From Octopus vulgaris (lineage: Eukaryota): DNA of 64,000 nt. Each line of letters opens with the position of its first letter. Within the stretch, counting starts at the first letter, position 1. Under the pieces are notes generated by a model, which saw only the letters and a program-made list of their open reading frames with translations, was not told the origin of the DNA and made no database searches. The translations under genes were made by a program, and so were the position numbers. Shown here piece by piece: positions 40,752-54,102 of the stretch. The DNA lies in assembly GCA_951406725.2 (NCBI GenBank), contig OX597831.1:40362001-40426000 (forward strand), written 5' to 3'.

Positions 40752-41482
40752 AGGCGGTGAGCTGGCGGAAACGTTAGCACGCCGGGCGAAATGCTTAGTA
40801 GTATTTCGTCTGCCGCTACGTTCTGAGTTCAAATTCCCCCGAGGTCGACTTGCCTTTTATCCTTTCAGGGTCGATTAAATAAGTACAGGTTATGCACTGG
40901 GGTCGATATAATCGACTTAATTCGTTTGCCTGTCCTTGTTTGTCCTCTCTGTGTTTATCCCCTTGTGGGTAGTAAAGAAATAGGTATTTCGTCTGCTGTT
41001 ACGTTCTGAGTTTAAATTCCGCCGAGGTCGACTTTGCTTTTCATCCTTTCAGGGTCGATTAAATAAGTACAAGTTAAGCACTGGAGTCGATATAATCGAC
41101 TTAATCGGTTTGTCTGTCCTTGTTTGTCCTCTCTGTGTTTATCCCCCTGTGGGTAGTAAAGAAATAGGTATTTCGTCCGTCACTATGTTCTGAGTTCAAA
41201 TTCCGCCGAGGTCGACTTTGCTTTTCATCCTTTCAGGGTCGATTAAATAAGTACAAGTTATGCACTGGGGTCGATATAATCGACTTAATCGGTTTGTCTG
41301 TCTTTGTTTGTCCTCTCTGTGTTTATCCCCCTGTGGGTAGTAAAGAAATAAGTATTTCGCCCGTCACTATGTTTGAGTTCAAATTCCGCCGAGGTCGACA
41401 TTGCCATTCATCCTTTCCGGGTCGATAAATTAAGCACCAGTGAAACACTGGGGCCGGCCTTGTGCCTATAGTAGAAAGGATT
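40752..41482 (+). mobile_element. SINE family A with four tandem internal units
   Basis: One head, then a ~180-bp unit starting near 40801, 40984, 41168 and 41352, then the 3' end. Confidence 0.92.
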
Positions 41483-41489
41483 ATCATAC

Positions 41490-41940
41490 ACATTAAGAAG
41501 TTGCAAAGCTGTCGCAACAAGCAATCAGATCAAAAGCACGATGCATATCAACAGAAGATCACACATGGTTGTCTTATCTGAAAGTTTCAAAACGACAGCA
41601 ACATAAGTTAAAGTAGATTATCTTGGATTAACAACCAGGATGTTAGTTCTCGCTTTGAAGTATATCCTTTTGTAGCACAAGAACGAAAAATAACAAAATA
41701 CTTAATGCAGAAAAGGGGATAGAGATGTAGATAAACTATTTAGATACGACAATAAACGCAGACTTCGTAGAATTAACGCTGACGACACGAGCATTTTAAT
41801 AAGTACTTTTTCTGACAATATCATCAGAGTATTGTCTATTTATTAGGCATGATGCTATGACAGAACGTTGTGGAATGCAGTCTATAGCAAAGGTAATCCT
41901 GGGGATACAAATATAAGGAACTACAATGATTTGAACGGTG
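41490..41940 (+). mobile_element. R4-clade LINE internal fragment (post-RT, decayed CCHC region)
   Basis: WINNQDVSSRFEVYPFVAQE..ITKYLMQKR..DNKRRLRRIN..ILIS..IRHD resembles the decayed AIQEQ..CRLC..HIIS.C..RHD region. Confidence 0.6.
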
Positions 41941-42249
41941 TATTTGCTTGCTTTTCAACTTTACTGAGATTACTAACCGATATTTAGCTGATAATTTTGG
42001 AGTACATTGTTGTATATGCGTATATATATATATATATATATATTATTTCTGCAACTATGTACACGTATACGCATGCATATTTAGATGCGCTTGTATGTAT
42101 GTATGTATGTATGTATGTATGTATGTATGTATGTATGTATGTATGTATGTATGTATTTGTATGTATGTATGTATGTATGTATGTATTCATGTATGCATCT
42201 GTGTTTGTGTATGTTTGTAGCTGTGTAGCGGTTTGAATACATGCTTGTG

Positions 42250-42302
<53 letters not shown>

Positions 42303-42544
42303 ATAGCGTTGCTATTATGCAAAAGTATCGTAAGTCCAGAATGTCGCTTTTCTCGGAAAACGGAAAAATAGTTTCACTGTTCCCATCCTCTTTACCTTAT
42401 CAACAGTCTCAGCTTAACAATAATACTGTGTTGGGTACATAAAATCATAAACTCCATTCATATACGATATTTTCAGTCAAATATTTTTGCAAAACTGTCG
42501 TATGTGGGACTTACTAACACTTTTGAAAAATGCTAAACCGTTGT

Positions 42545-42850
42545 ACTTGTTGTTGTTGGCATCCTTTCTGTCTCGGGAGGCAATGGAGTTGCGCATAAAG
42601 TAGTCTAGTCCGGCTTTTATATTTCATATCCTGATACATTTCCTGCTGTGGCTGTGTAGTCCTATCCTGGACAAACACTCCCTCTGGTAGGTACCGCAAA
42701 TGTAGCGAAGACTGTTCCTGGCTGGTTGTAGTGCCATAGTTTCTTGTTGACGTCTCTTCTTTTCTTTCCATTTCTCCTCTCTCTCTCTGTCACTCCTTTG
42801 TATTCCCTCTTTTACGGTACGTCGCCATTCTCCACGGTTGCCGTTGTACA
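42545..42850 (-). mobile_element. RTE-clade LINE 3' end
   Basis: NRGEWRRTVKEG..YICGTYQRECLSRIGLHSHSRKC (RTE/BovB-type C-terminal zinc finger) followed by a short UTR and (CAA)n tail. Confidence 0.8.
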
Positions 42851-43011
42851 ACACTTTGACAATTTTCATATCTTGACATCTGAAGCAGCTGGAGATACGA
42901 TAGTTTGACCAAAAGAACCGGCTATTGCAAGCAAAATTAAATATTGATAAGAAACGCATTTGGCCAAATTTGGACATACGATAGTTTAACATAATAGCAA
43001 TGATGTGCATT

Positions 43012-43059
<48 letters not shown>

Positions 43060-43308
43060 GTGTATGTGTGTGCATGCGTGCGCGCATGTATATATGTATA
43101 TATGCATGAAGGTATGTATGTATGTACGTGTATTTGTGCATACAATTCCTTTCACGAATTTTTATCTCTGATATTTTATGTATGTATGTATGTATGTATG
43201 TATGTATGTATGTATGTATGTATGTATGTATGTATGTATGTATGCATGTATGTATGTATATATTTATGTATGTATGAATCTATCTATTTATCCATCTATC
43301 TATTTACC

Positions 43309-43346
<38 letters not shown>

Positions 43347-44294
43347 AGTGTGTGTGTGTACATATGTATGTACGTATGTATGTACGTATGCATGTACGTA
43401 TGTATGTATGTATGTATCTATCTATCTATCCATCTCCCTCTCTATCACTCTCTCTCTCTCTCTCTGTATATTTATGTATGTGTGTGTATATACGTATGTA
43501 TGTATGTATGTATATATGCATACAATCAGATAGAAAGAAAATGATGAGGCGGTATAGATATATATGTCCACGTGAATATAAACACGCCGTTGCCCGCACG
43601 CGCAAACACACACATCATGACCCCCACCCCGCACTATTGTAGACGTCGATATTTATAGATTTATAAATACCAAAGAGTTTTGACCTTTGCTGTGAAGTCA
43701 TTCTTTCTTAGCTCTTTAATCTTCCGTCTAAAAGACAGTTTTTGAAAAAGCCTGTCAAACGCTTACTAAATCCGACAAATATTGGCGCGAAAATCTCTGC
43801 AGCCTCAGTAGTAGAAGCAGCAGCAGCAGCAGGTCTTCTGCTATCAAAAGCAGCAGCAGCATCGGCGTTCTGGCATTTTTCCTAACCCAACGAAGTGCCA
43901 ACTGAAAGGATTTCAAATCCGACATAATTCTCACGGAAACTTTGAAATATTTTGTGTGTGTGTGTGATGAGGGAGGGAAGAGTGCATGCTGAGCGAAAGT
44001 TTATTGTGTCGGATTAAAAGGTATTATGAAATTTAGTCACCTACCTTTATATCCTGATTTCAAACCCTCCAGATATCAACTTTCATTTTCATTCGATATT
44101 TTTTTCTTTTTCTTCCGTTTCGGACACCGAGTTTTTATCTAACCCTGCAGACATTCTGCAATATCATTAAATGTATTATTCAGTATTTTCTATATAGCGT
44201 TCCCAAACATTGCTTCTAATCTTTGGACACCTTTATTGTACATGGAATGGTAGTTCTATTTAAATCAACCAGCTGTACCTCACCATGGTTCTTC

Positions 44295-44517
44295 TCTTTT
44301 ACTCTCTTTTACTTCCCTCGGTCATTTCGCTGTGACCATGCTGGAGAGCCGCCTTTATTCGAGAAAATCGACCCGACGACTTATTCTTCGTAAGCCTAGT
44401 ACTTATTCCATCGGCTTCTTTTGCCGAACCGCTAAGTTACGGGGACGTAAACAAACCAGCATCGGTTGTCAAGCGATGTTGGGGGGGGGGACAAACACAG
44501 ACACAAACACACACACA

Positions 44518-44575
<58 letters not shown>

Positions 44576-44792
44576 GGAGTAAACACATAAATGTGAAACA
44601 AGGTGGAAAAAAAGAGTACTCAAATACCAGTGGTAGAGTAATATGCTTTATTTAAAGCAGCAGAAAATTCAACAAATCTCTGTTACTCTGAGTTTCACGT
44701 TGCCGTTCATCAGACTGTTTTTGCTAGAAGTCCGATGAATGGCAACGTGAAACTCAGAGTAACAGGTTTTGTTGAATTTTCTGCTGCTTTAA

Positions 44793-44851
<59 letters not shown>

Positions 44852-45010
44852 ACGGCTTTCTTTCAGTTTCCGTCTTCCAAATCCACTCACAAGGTTTTGG
44901 TCGGCCCGGGGCTATAATAGAAGACACTTGCCCAAGGTGCCACGCAGTAGGACTGAACCCGGAACCATGTGGTTGGTAAGCAACCTACTTACCACACAGC
45001 CACTCCTACG
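44295..45010 (-). mobile_element. SINE family B carrying a nested insert in its (TA)n
   Basis: Family B tail 44295-44520 and head 44850-45010. Confidence 0.9.
44573..44795. mobile_element. Penelope-like fold-back insert with hammerhead motifs on both strands
   Basis: Arms 44649-44715/44730-44795; minus CTGATGA-ACGGCAACGT-GAAA-CTCAGAG-TA; plus CCGATGA-ATGGCAACGT-GAAA-CTCAGAG-TA; unpaired tail 44573-44648. Confidence 0.85.
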
Positions 45011-45169
45011 CCATTTACAATTAAGATTGAACAAGATAACATAGATGCTAAAATATAATAACCGCCCAGCCAGGGACATCTTTAATGGGTCATAGACTAG
45101 CTACTGTACTAAAAACGTGAGAGGGCGCCACCTTCACAGTCAAAAAAACGATGGACTTATATTGGAATG

Positions 45170-45556
45170 GAAGCACTCCGTCGGATACGACGACGAGGGT
45201 TCCGGTTGATCCGAATCAACGGAACAGCCTGCTCGTGAAATTAACGTGCAAGTGGCTGAGCACTCCACAGACACGTGTACCCTTAACGTAGTTCTCGGGG
45301 ATATTCAGCGTGACACCACAGAGAGTGACAAGGCCGGCCCTTTGTAATACAGGTACAACAGAAACAAGAAGTAAGAGTGAGAGAAAGTTGTGGTGAAAGA
45401 GTACAGCAGGGATCACCACCATCCCTGCCGGAGCCTCGTGGAGCTTTAGGTGTTTTCGTTCAATAAACACTCACAATGCCCGGTCTGGGAATCGAAACCG
45501 TGATCCTACAACCGCGAGTCCGCTGCCCTAACCACTGGGCCATTGCTTCTCCACTG
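45170..45556 (-). mobile_element. tRNA-derived SINE family C, full length
   Basis: Minus-strand head GTGGAGAAGCAATGGCCCAGTGGTTAGGGCAGCGG..GGTTTCGATTCCC. Confidence 0.9.
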
Positions 45557-45879
45557 GACTTATATTATGCATGGATTAATCGGCGGCCCGTAGTCTCCGT
45601 TGTATCCTTAATCTTCGGTATGGTAGTCCGACATACCGTATCGATTTCCCTAGCAGCGACTTACAATACTCTACCCCCTGGACCTTCAATATATGTAATC
45701 GTGCATCTGTGTTTCTGTTTATACACTTGTATACACGGTTACACACTCACACATACACATACTTACACACACATACGCACAAACACACGTAAACACTGAC
45801 TTACATGTCGTTCAAGTCCAAACAGAGCACAGGTTGGGGAGACGAGGCCGAGCCTTAATATCAAATAATGCAACGCAGT

Positions 45880-46462
45880 ATGATGGTGAACAGGGTAGTG
45901 GTGGTGATGGGTGATGGTGGTGGTGGTGGTAGTGGTGGTGGTGGAGATGATAATGGTGGTAGCGGATGTGGTATTGATGGCAGAGGTGGTATTAGTAGCC
46001 GATGGTGGTCGTGTTAGTGTTGTTGTTGGTCATGGTTTTAGTGGTGGTGGCGGCGGCGGCGGCGGTGGTTGCGGCGGTGATGATTTTCGCGGTGGTGGTG
46101 GTGGTGATAGTAGTGGTGGTAATGGTGATGGTGATTGATGGTGGTGGTGGTGGTGATGGTGATGATGGTGGTGATGGTGATAGTGGTGGTGGTGATGATG
46201 ATAGTGGTGGTGGTGGTGGTGGTGGTGGTGGTGGTGATGATGATGATAGTGGTGGTGGTGGTGGTGGTGGTGGTGATAGTGGCGGTGATGGTGGTGGTGA
46301 TGATGGTGATGATTGATGGTGGTGGTGGTGGTGGTGGTGGTGGTGATTGATGGTGGTGGTGGTGGTGGTGGTGGTGGTGGTGATTGATGGTGGTGGTGGT
46401 GGTGGTGGTGATGATGGTGGTGATTGATGGTGGTGGTGGTGGTGGTGGTGGTGTTGGTGGTG
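45880..46462. repeat. (GGT)n/(GAT)n compound microsatellite
   Basis: Visible. Confidence 0.93.
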
Positions 46463-46832
46463 GGAAGATAAGCACCGAGTGAAACGGGGTGTGTAGGGAG
46501 TAGGGGTGGATAACGCGGAAATAAGAAGATAATATTTGCTTTGTAAATATCAATTGTCAGAAAATAAACTTAAAATGGTTTGGAGCCATTAATGAATGTG
46601 TTGGCTTAAAGCGTTGCTAGGCGTTGTAAAGGAAACATAAGAGCCGAGAAGACAAAAGGACGAAACAAAGACAGGGGTCAAACAGAAGAAGAAAAGGAAA
46701 AACAGGAACCAAAAAGGGCCTATTTGACGATGTGTGTGTGTGTGTGTGTACATTCATATAGATACATACATAAATACACACACACACATATACATACGCA
46801 TATATATATATACACACACACACATATACTCG

Positions 46833-47205
46833 CTTTTACTCTCTTTTACTTGTTTCGGTCATTTGACTGCGGCCATACTGGAGCATCGCCTTTAGTCGAG
46901 CAACTCGACCCCCAGGACTTATTCTTTGTTAGCCTAGTACTTATTCTATCGGTCTCTTTTGCCGAATCGCTAGGTTACAGAGACGTAAACACACCAACAT
47001 CGGTTGTCTGGCGATGTTAGGGAGGACAAACACACACACATATATATATACACATACATATATACGACGGGCTTCTTTCAGTTTCCGTCCACCAAATCTA
47101 CTCACAAGGCTTTGGTTGGCCCGAGATTATAGTAGAAGACACTTTCCCAAGTATCCACGCAGTGATACTGAACCCGATACCATGTGGTTGGAAAGCAAGC
47201 TACTT
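46833..47205 (-). mobile_element. SINE family B split by an insertion (head remainder at 48901-48932)
   Basis: Consensus resumes as GGTAAGCAAGCTACTTACCACACAGCCACTCC at 48901. Confidence 0.9.
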
Positions 47206-48900
47206 TATTTCATAAATTTGTCATATAGACAGTACAAAGAGCTTTGCGGGCTGGACAAACACATTAATGAATGAAAATGAAATATAATGAATAAATGAGA
47301 GACGAAACCCAACACCCGCCGATTGGATTTCTCTCGAAAACATATTTTCTTTTTTTTTTATAAAAATCAATATAAGGTTTCAAACCTCTTACAAGAAGAA
47401 GGCACTAAAACCTCTTACTTAACATATTTTCTTTTTTTTCTTTTCTTTCTTAAAACACAAAATTGAGGTTATAAACCACTACAAAATAATCCAATAAGGT
47501 GAGGTTTCAAATCCTGTAACGAGAGTCTTTCACCTCCTACTCTTCGATATATCCATCGATATATTCATCATTATCTTCAATGCCGCTTGAGTTCCTGTGT
47601 CCCGCCATTTCCCATGCCACACCCAAGTAGGACATGTAAGTCGTGTAAAGGCCACCCGGCCATATGCGACACTCCTCCCCAAATCCTTTAAGCCTTTCCT
47701 ACAAGGGAAACCTTATGACCTCCACAGCTATCTCGACCACATCCACCTCTCCCTTTGACCGGGTAGGGGAGGTGGCATCTAGTGACTGTTCCAGGACCTT
47801 ACCATTGTCCTGGGGACAGTTCCTTTTAATGTGGCCTGGCTGCAGGCACGAGTGACACTTTGGAGGACGTCCCTCAAGTATCACCGGATACCTGCAGCCA
47901 GCCATTTTCAAGAAATCTGGAAAAACCAGTTCTGTTGCGGCCGATGGGGTCCACAGGGTCAAAATCGCTTTTGACCCTTCCCAATCGACCGCCGGCAATA
48001 CCCTTACATTTAAGAGCCTGGGCCCGCCATCCCCCAGTCCCCGTCGGATGGTATCTTCAATCTAATCCGCTTCGGTGCCCGGGAGCAGCCCACATACCCA
48101 GGCTCGTATTAATTTTCTTCCACAATATGACGGGAGAAACAGAATTTCCTTGCCTTCTAAAGGCTGACTCGCAAACTGGCGAGCCTTTTCCCCGTTGTCA
48201 AACAGTAACCATACGGTTGCATGTTTGACACCACGGGATATATATTTTACAGAGGACAAATGTTCTTTAAGTTCATTTTTTATGACTCGTTTTGGGAAGA
48301 CGGTGATGGAATTAAGAACTTTAGAATACGTTCTAAGTACCATCGTCTTCTCCTCCATATCTTTTAACCACTGCTTAGGCGGGTTAATTTCCCACTCTAA
48401 GACAGAGTTTCACTTTTTAAGTTCGTTCTCTGCCATGTCAAAAAACAGTTCAAAAGTAGTTCAACAGACAGTCTGCCAAAAAATTAAATCGAATAAAAAT
48501 AAAACAAAATAAAATAGGAGGGGAGGAAACTGAAATTAAAGTAATGAAAAGAATGAACCAAAATTTAGAAAGAAAGAAAAATAGGAGGGAAAAGTAAAAG
48601 AAAAACCTCACAAATAGCACAGACAGGGAATCCTTTGTATAATACTCCAAAAAGGTAATCCAAAAGGGTAATCCAAATGGCTTTTTCTTATTTTTCTGGC
48701 GAGATACGCCCACTAGAATTCACAAGAAGTATTTTCAAGTAAAAATTCTCAATTCACCGTTACGGTGATGAGAACCCAGTATTTTGCTCGCTATAGCGAG
48801 CCATGATTGACAATTTTTCTTTGTTCTTTTTTTCTGTTCACGGAGCCGAAACTCACATCTGCTCACTGTAACAGTCCGGACCAACTAGTGTTGCATTCCG
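47206..48900 (-). mobile_element. 1.7-kb ORF1-only non-LTR retroelement (L1/Tx1-like gag) with TSD
   Basis: TSD AAGCAAGCTACTT (47193-47205, 48904-48916); disrupted ORF ~48436-47699 with zinc knuckle CHSCLQPGHIKRNC; no endonuclease or RT recognised. Confidence 0.78.
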
Positions 48901-48932
48901 GGTAAGCAAGCTACTTACCACACAGCCACTCC

Positions 48933-48964
<32 letters not shown>

Positions 48965-48985
48965 TACACACACACGCACACACAC

Positions 48986-49038
<53 letters not shown>

Positions 49039-49043
49039 TATAT

Positions 49044-49380
49044 GAAGGCGCGCCTGGCTCAGTGGTTAGAGCGTCGAGCTTACGATCGTGAGGTTGTGAG
49101 TTCGAATCCCAGACCGGGCTGCGTGTTATGTTCTTGAGCAAGACACTTTATTTCACGTTGGTCCAGGTAACTCAGTTGTAGAAATGAGTTGTGACATAAC
49201 TGGTGTCAAGCTGTATCGGCCTTTGCCTTTCCCTTGGATAACATCAGTGGCGTGGAGAGGGGAGGCCGGTATGCATGGGCGACCGCTGGTCTTCCATAAA
49301 CAATCTTGCCCAGATTTGTGCCTTGGTGGGTAACTTTGTCGTTGCAATCCCATGGTCATTCATGACCGAAGGGGGTCTCA
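49044..49380 (+). mobile_element. tRNA-derived SINE family D
   Basis: A box TGGCTCAGTGG, B box GAGTTCGAATCC; homologous to 40387-40722. Confidence 0.9.
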
Positions 49381-49624
49381 GCATATATATATACACATAT
49401 TTACACACACACACACACAAACACTCACACACACACACATATATATATACAAACGCATATATACAGACACACATATACACATATCTATACACACCCATAT
49501 ATATGCATACGCATATATATACACATATATATGCACAGATCTACATACACACACATACATGCACACACACACATATATGTAGGCAGAACGGATATAAGTA
49601 GGAAGTGATTTGTCTGGTGCATCA

Positions 49625-49858
49625 ATGGATGATGAATGATTGTGGTGGTTGTAATGATGACAATGACGATGACGGCAACAAGGATGACGACGGCTTTGAT
49701 GATGATAATGATGATAAGAATGTTCATGATGACGATGATGATGACAATGATGATGATGATGATAATGATGATGGTGATAAGGATGATGATGAGGAGGAGG
49801 ATAAGGATGATGATGATAAGGATGATGATGATGATGATGATGACAATGATGATAAGGG

Positions 49859-49889
<31 letters not shown>

Positions 49890-49908
49890 AAGGATGATGA
49901 TGATGATA

Positions 49909-49951
<43 letters not shown>

Positions 49952-50125
49952 CACTGAAGATGATAAGGATGATGATGATGGTGATGATGATGACGACGAT
50001 GATGATGACGACGACGACGATGATGATGATGAGGGCGATGATGATAATGACGATGCTTCTGCTGCTTTTGATGATGATGACGATGAAGACGATGATGATG
50101 ATGATGATAAAAATAATAATTAAAA
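49625..50125. repeat. (GAT)n-based degenerate microsatellite
   Basis: Visible; poly-Asp and poly-Met pseudo-ORFs. Confidence 0.93.
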
Positions 50126-50319
50126 AGCTAATGATAATTATGATAAATATAATCGCAATCAGTCTTCTAAGGTCGTCATCGTTGGTCTTTGAAGGTTTCT
50201 CTTGATACTTCTAGCACCTGTCTCTTCTGGTGTTTATTGAAAATCGAGATGGTCAATTAACGAGAACTTCCTAGAATCCTCGAGGAATCTCCGTCTTCCT
50301 TGTAGTAAATGCTGGTTCT

Positions 50320-51115
50320 AGGAACATTCACCGTAAACATTTTTGCCGCAGGAAAACTCGCAGCAGGAAATCTCGCCGCAGGAAACTTTACCGCATAGTA
50401 AATTTTGCCGTGAGATAATTTCGCCGTACAGATAATTTCAAAGATATGGCAAACAACCTGATTTAAAGAAATTGCAGCTCTGAAAAAAATTGCTTTTATA
50501 TGTGTGTATGTGTGTGTGTGTGTGTTTTATAATTCGTTTTAGGTTTAACTGTTTTTATTTTCTTTTTAGTTCTTTGTAAATGTTATATCTATATTGTATA
50601 GGCGGCGAGTTGGCAGAGACGTTAGCGCGCCTGGCGAAATGCTTAGCGGTATTTCGCCTGCCGCTACGTTCTGAGTTCAAATTCCGCCGAGGTCGACTTT
50701 GCCTTTCGGGGTCGATTAAATAAGTACCAGTTACGCACTGGGGTCTATATAATCGACTTAATCCCTTTGTCTGTCCTTGTTTGTTCCCTCTGTGTTTAGC
50801 CCCTTGTGGGTAGTAAAGAAATGGATATAGGAATTTCGTCTGCCGCTACGTTCTGAGTTCGAATTCCGCCGAGGTCGACTTTGCCTTTCATCCTTTCGGG
50901 GTCGATAAATTAAGTACCATTTGCGTACTAGGGTCGATGAAATCGATAACCCTCACCCCCAATTTACGGCCTGGTGTAAAAAAGTATATTTATATTTTTT
51001 TAGATTGCTGTAGTTTTGCCATAATAATATAATAGGTTAGTTGAAACAATTATTTACCAAGGGAGTAATTCATCATTTTTTTTTCGGTGAGATTGTCTTG
51101 CGCCAAAATTTCCTA
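50320..51115. mobile_element. Non-autonomous DNA element with ~15-bp subterminal repeats, nested SINE A at 50600-50980
   Basis: GGAAA(A/T)(C/T)TCGCCGCA-type units at 50320-50440; inverted degenerate units at ~51080-51115. Confidence 0.5.
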
Positions 51116-51305
51116 TTTGTTTCAGTCATTTGACTGCGGCCATGCTGGAGCACCGCATTTAGTCGAACTAATCGGCCCCAGGACTTATTCTTTGTAAGCT
51201 TAGTACTTATTCTAGGGGTCTCTTTTGCCGAACCGCTAAGTTACGGGAACGTAAACACACCAACATCGGTTGTCAAGAGATGCAGGTGGGGACTAACACA
51301 CACGA

Positions 51306-51401
<96 letters not shown>

Positions 51402-51562
51402 GACGGGCTTCTTTCATTTTCTATCTAACAAATCCGCACACAAGGCTTTGGTCGGCCCGAAGCTATATAATAGAGGACACTTGCCCAAGGTGCCACGCAG
51501 TGGAACTGAACCCGGAACTATGTAATTGGTAAGCAAACTACTTACCACACAGCCACTCCTGC
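51115..51562 (-). mobile_element. SINE family B
   Basis: Colinear with family B consensus. Confidence 0.9.
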
Positions 51563-52116
51563 TTGTTGAAAGGATTTTCATAAGCTTATCCTAAACTTCC
51601 ATACTTCTTCGAATTTTTCGAAGGGAGAGCACAAAGTTAGAAGGACATACAATTCCACGAGAAAAGGGCGAAATTACACTATTTAGAAGGGCGCACTTGT
51701 TTTCATGAGTGGGGGCAACTAACCCGTCAGGCCGTCCCCCCCCCCTTGGGTCTGTCCCTGCTTATTTTGAAATTTTTAGTTATCACTTGTTTCAGAGTAA
51801 GATAAAAAGCTTTGGTGTTTTTTTTCACATGCCGTATATTATTCTGGTGGTAGAAAAAAAAAATGATGAATGGACATGTGGGAAATATATCCTGTGCATC
51901 ATATGTTGTACACCGAACAGGCAAAGGGTTAAGAACTAACCGAACTGCTTCTGTTGCACATCAGAATCGCAAGGTTATTGTTTCGATTCCTTGATCGGGA
52001 GGTAAGAAGTGCTCCAGTTGTTGAGTGATGTGATATCAGTCACTCATATGCTGTAGAAAGCGTGTAACCGGATCAACGAGTTTTAGGGGTCGGAATAGTA
52101 TTGCGTACAGTTCTAA

Positions 52117-52745
52117 GGTAGCGAGCTGGTTGAATCGTTAGCACGCCGGACAAAATGATTAGCGGCATTTCGCTCGTCTTTACGTTCCGAGTTCAAATTC
52201 CACCGATGTCGACTTTACATTTCCTCCTTTCGGAGTTGATAAAATATGTACCAGTTGAGCACTGGGGTCGATATAATCGATTCACCCCTCCCCCAAAATT
52301 TCAGACCTTGTGCCTATAATTGAAAAGTTTATTTATTAGTGTAAAACGACGGCGAGCTGGCAGAAACGTTAGCACGCCGGGCGAAATGCGTAGCCGTATT
52401 TCGTCTGATGTTACGTTCTGAGTTCAAATTCCGCCGAGGTCGACTTTGCCTTTCATCCTTTCGGGGTCGATTAAATAAGTACCAGTTACGCACTGGGGTC
52501 GATATAATTGACTTAATCCGTTTGTCTGTCCTTGTGTGTCCCCTCTGTGTTTAGCCACTTGTGGGTAGTAAAGAAGTAGGTATTTCTTCCGTCTTTACGT
52601 TCTGAGTTCAAATTCTGCTAAGATCAACTGTACCTTTCATCCCTCCGGAGTTCGATAAAATAAGTACTAGTTGTGCACTGGGGTCGATATAATCGACTTA
52701 AAACCCTCTCCCCAAATTTCAGGTCCATGCCTATACTAGAAATTA
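52117..52745 (+). mobile_element. Two tandem SINE family A copies (monomeric 52117-52330, two-unit 52349-52745)
   Basis: Two heads (GGTAGCGAGCTGG.., GGCGAGCTGGCAGAAACG..) and two 3' ends. Confidence 0.9.
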
Positions 52746-53290
52746 TTATTCTTCACTTATTCTTCCTACACCCCAGCCGAGAGAAATTTTATTTATCAAT
52801 TTGTTTACCAAACTTTGTACCGATGTTAGAAATCAATATTTTTTTTACGAAAACAAAAAACAACTTAAATTTGATATCGATTGAAATTTTAAAGTTTTAT
52901 TTTTAGACTGAATTTCGATTAGATTTCATTAATAGTTTCAATTTTGTATAAAAACGTTTTTTAAAGAAATTAATTTCTTATCCACTTTCAATTAATGTAG
53001 TTAATTTTAATTTAGATTTGTATCTAGTTGTAATTTAGTCTTAATTTAGTTTTAATCTAGTCTAATCCGGTTTAATTTAGTTTATTTTATCGGCAAATAA
53101 ATTTTAATTTAATGTCTGAGTTACGCTATCTGCACTAAAAATAACAGTCAAGTTAGTGCCGTCATACTTAATGCAGTGAAGAAGAAAATCAACTAATTCA
53201 TTAAAATACAAATATCGAAGCAAAGAGACGTACCTCGCAGAGAACACAGCGATAAATAATAGCTTGGAAGAATAGGTTTATTAGTTCATC

Positions 53291-53645
53291 GTGGAGGCGC
53301 AATGGCCCAGTTGGTTAGGATCGCGGTTTCGAATCCCAGACCGGGCATTGTGAGTGATTATTGAGCGAAAGCACTTAAGGCTCCACGAGGCTCCGGCGGG
53401 GGTGGTGGCGAACCCTGCTTTACTCTTTCACCACAACTTTCTCTCTTTCTTCCTGTTTCTGTTGTGCCTGTATTTCAAAGAGCCAGCCTTGTCACACTCT
53501 GTGTAACGCTAAATCTTCCCGAGAGCTACGTTAAGGGTACACGTGTCTGTGGAGTGCTCAACCACTTGCACGTTAATTTCACGAGCAGGCTGTTCCGTTG
53601 ATCGGATCAACTGGTTCACTCGTCGTCGTATCCAACGGATTGCCG
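53291..53645 (+). mobile_element. SINE family C
   Basis: GTGGAGGCGCAATGGCCCAG head; colinear with the reverse complement of 45170-45556. Confidence 0.9.
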
Positions 53646-53764
53646 TAGTATCAGCTCATCGGATGAGAAAATGGCCGAAGTCTATTTGAGGGATTCCAAC
53701 AACACATCTTCTGTACCAATGAGAAATATGCCAATATATATTCGAATATTGATACAAGAGTAGC

Positions 53765-54102
53765 AATTTTGGAGAGTAGGTAGGCCGACTGCATCGACCC
53801 CAGTACTCAACTAGTATTTATTTTATCAAGGACGAAAAGCAAAGTCAACTACGGCGGGTTTTGAACACAGAACGTGAAGCCAGACGAAATGCCTATTTCT
53901 TTACTACCCACAATGTGCTAAACACGGAGAGGACACACAAGGAGAGACAAACGGATTAAGTCGATTACATCGACCCCGGTGCGTAACTGGTACTTATTTA
54001 ATCGACCCCGAAAGGATGAAAGGCAAAGTCGACTTCGGAGGAATTTGAACTCAGAATGTAGCTTTTCGCCCAGCGTGTTAACGATTCGGCCAGCTCGCTG
54101 CT
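53765..54102 (-). mobile_element. SINE family A, diverged
   Basis: Family A core units. Confidence 0.82.

Noticed and set aside
40752-41482. Regularly spaced repeats superficially like a CRISPR array
   Set aside because: Units are ~180-bp tandem copies without unique spacers, inside a eukaryotic SINE, with no cas genes
43711-43885. Open frame with poly-Ala after a pyrimidine-rich AG
   Set aside because: Wrong phase for the CCDC148-like exon, ends in a stop, and is partly (GCA)n
49044-49120. tRNA-like sequence with A and B boxes
   Set aside because: It is the head of a dispersed SINE continuing into a shared body, not a stand-alone tRNA; the same holds for the other SINE heads
49605-50123. 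Asp-rich 172-aa ORF resembling acidic biomineralisation proteins
   Set aside because: Degenerate (GAT)n tract without a signal peptide or splice support
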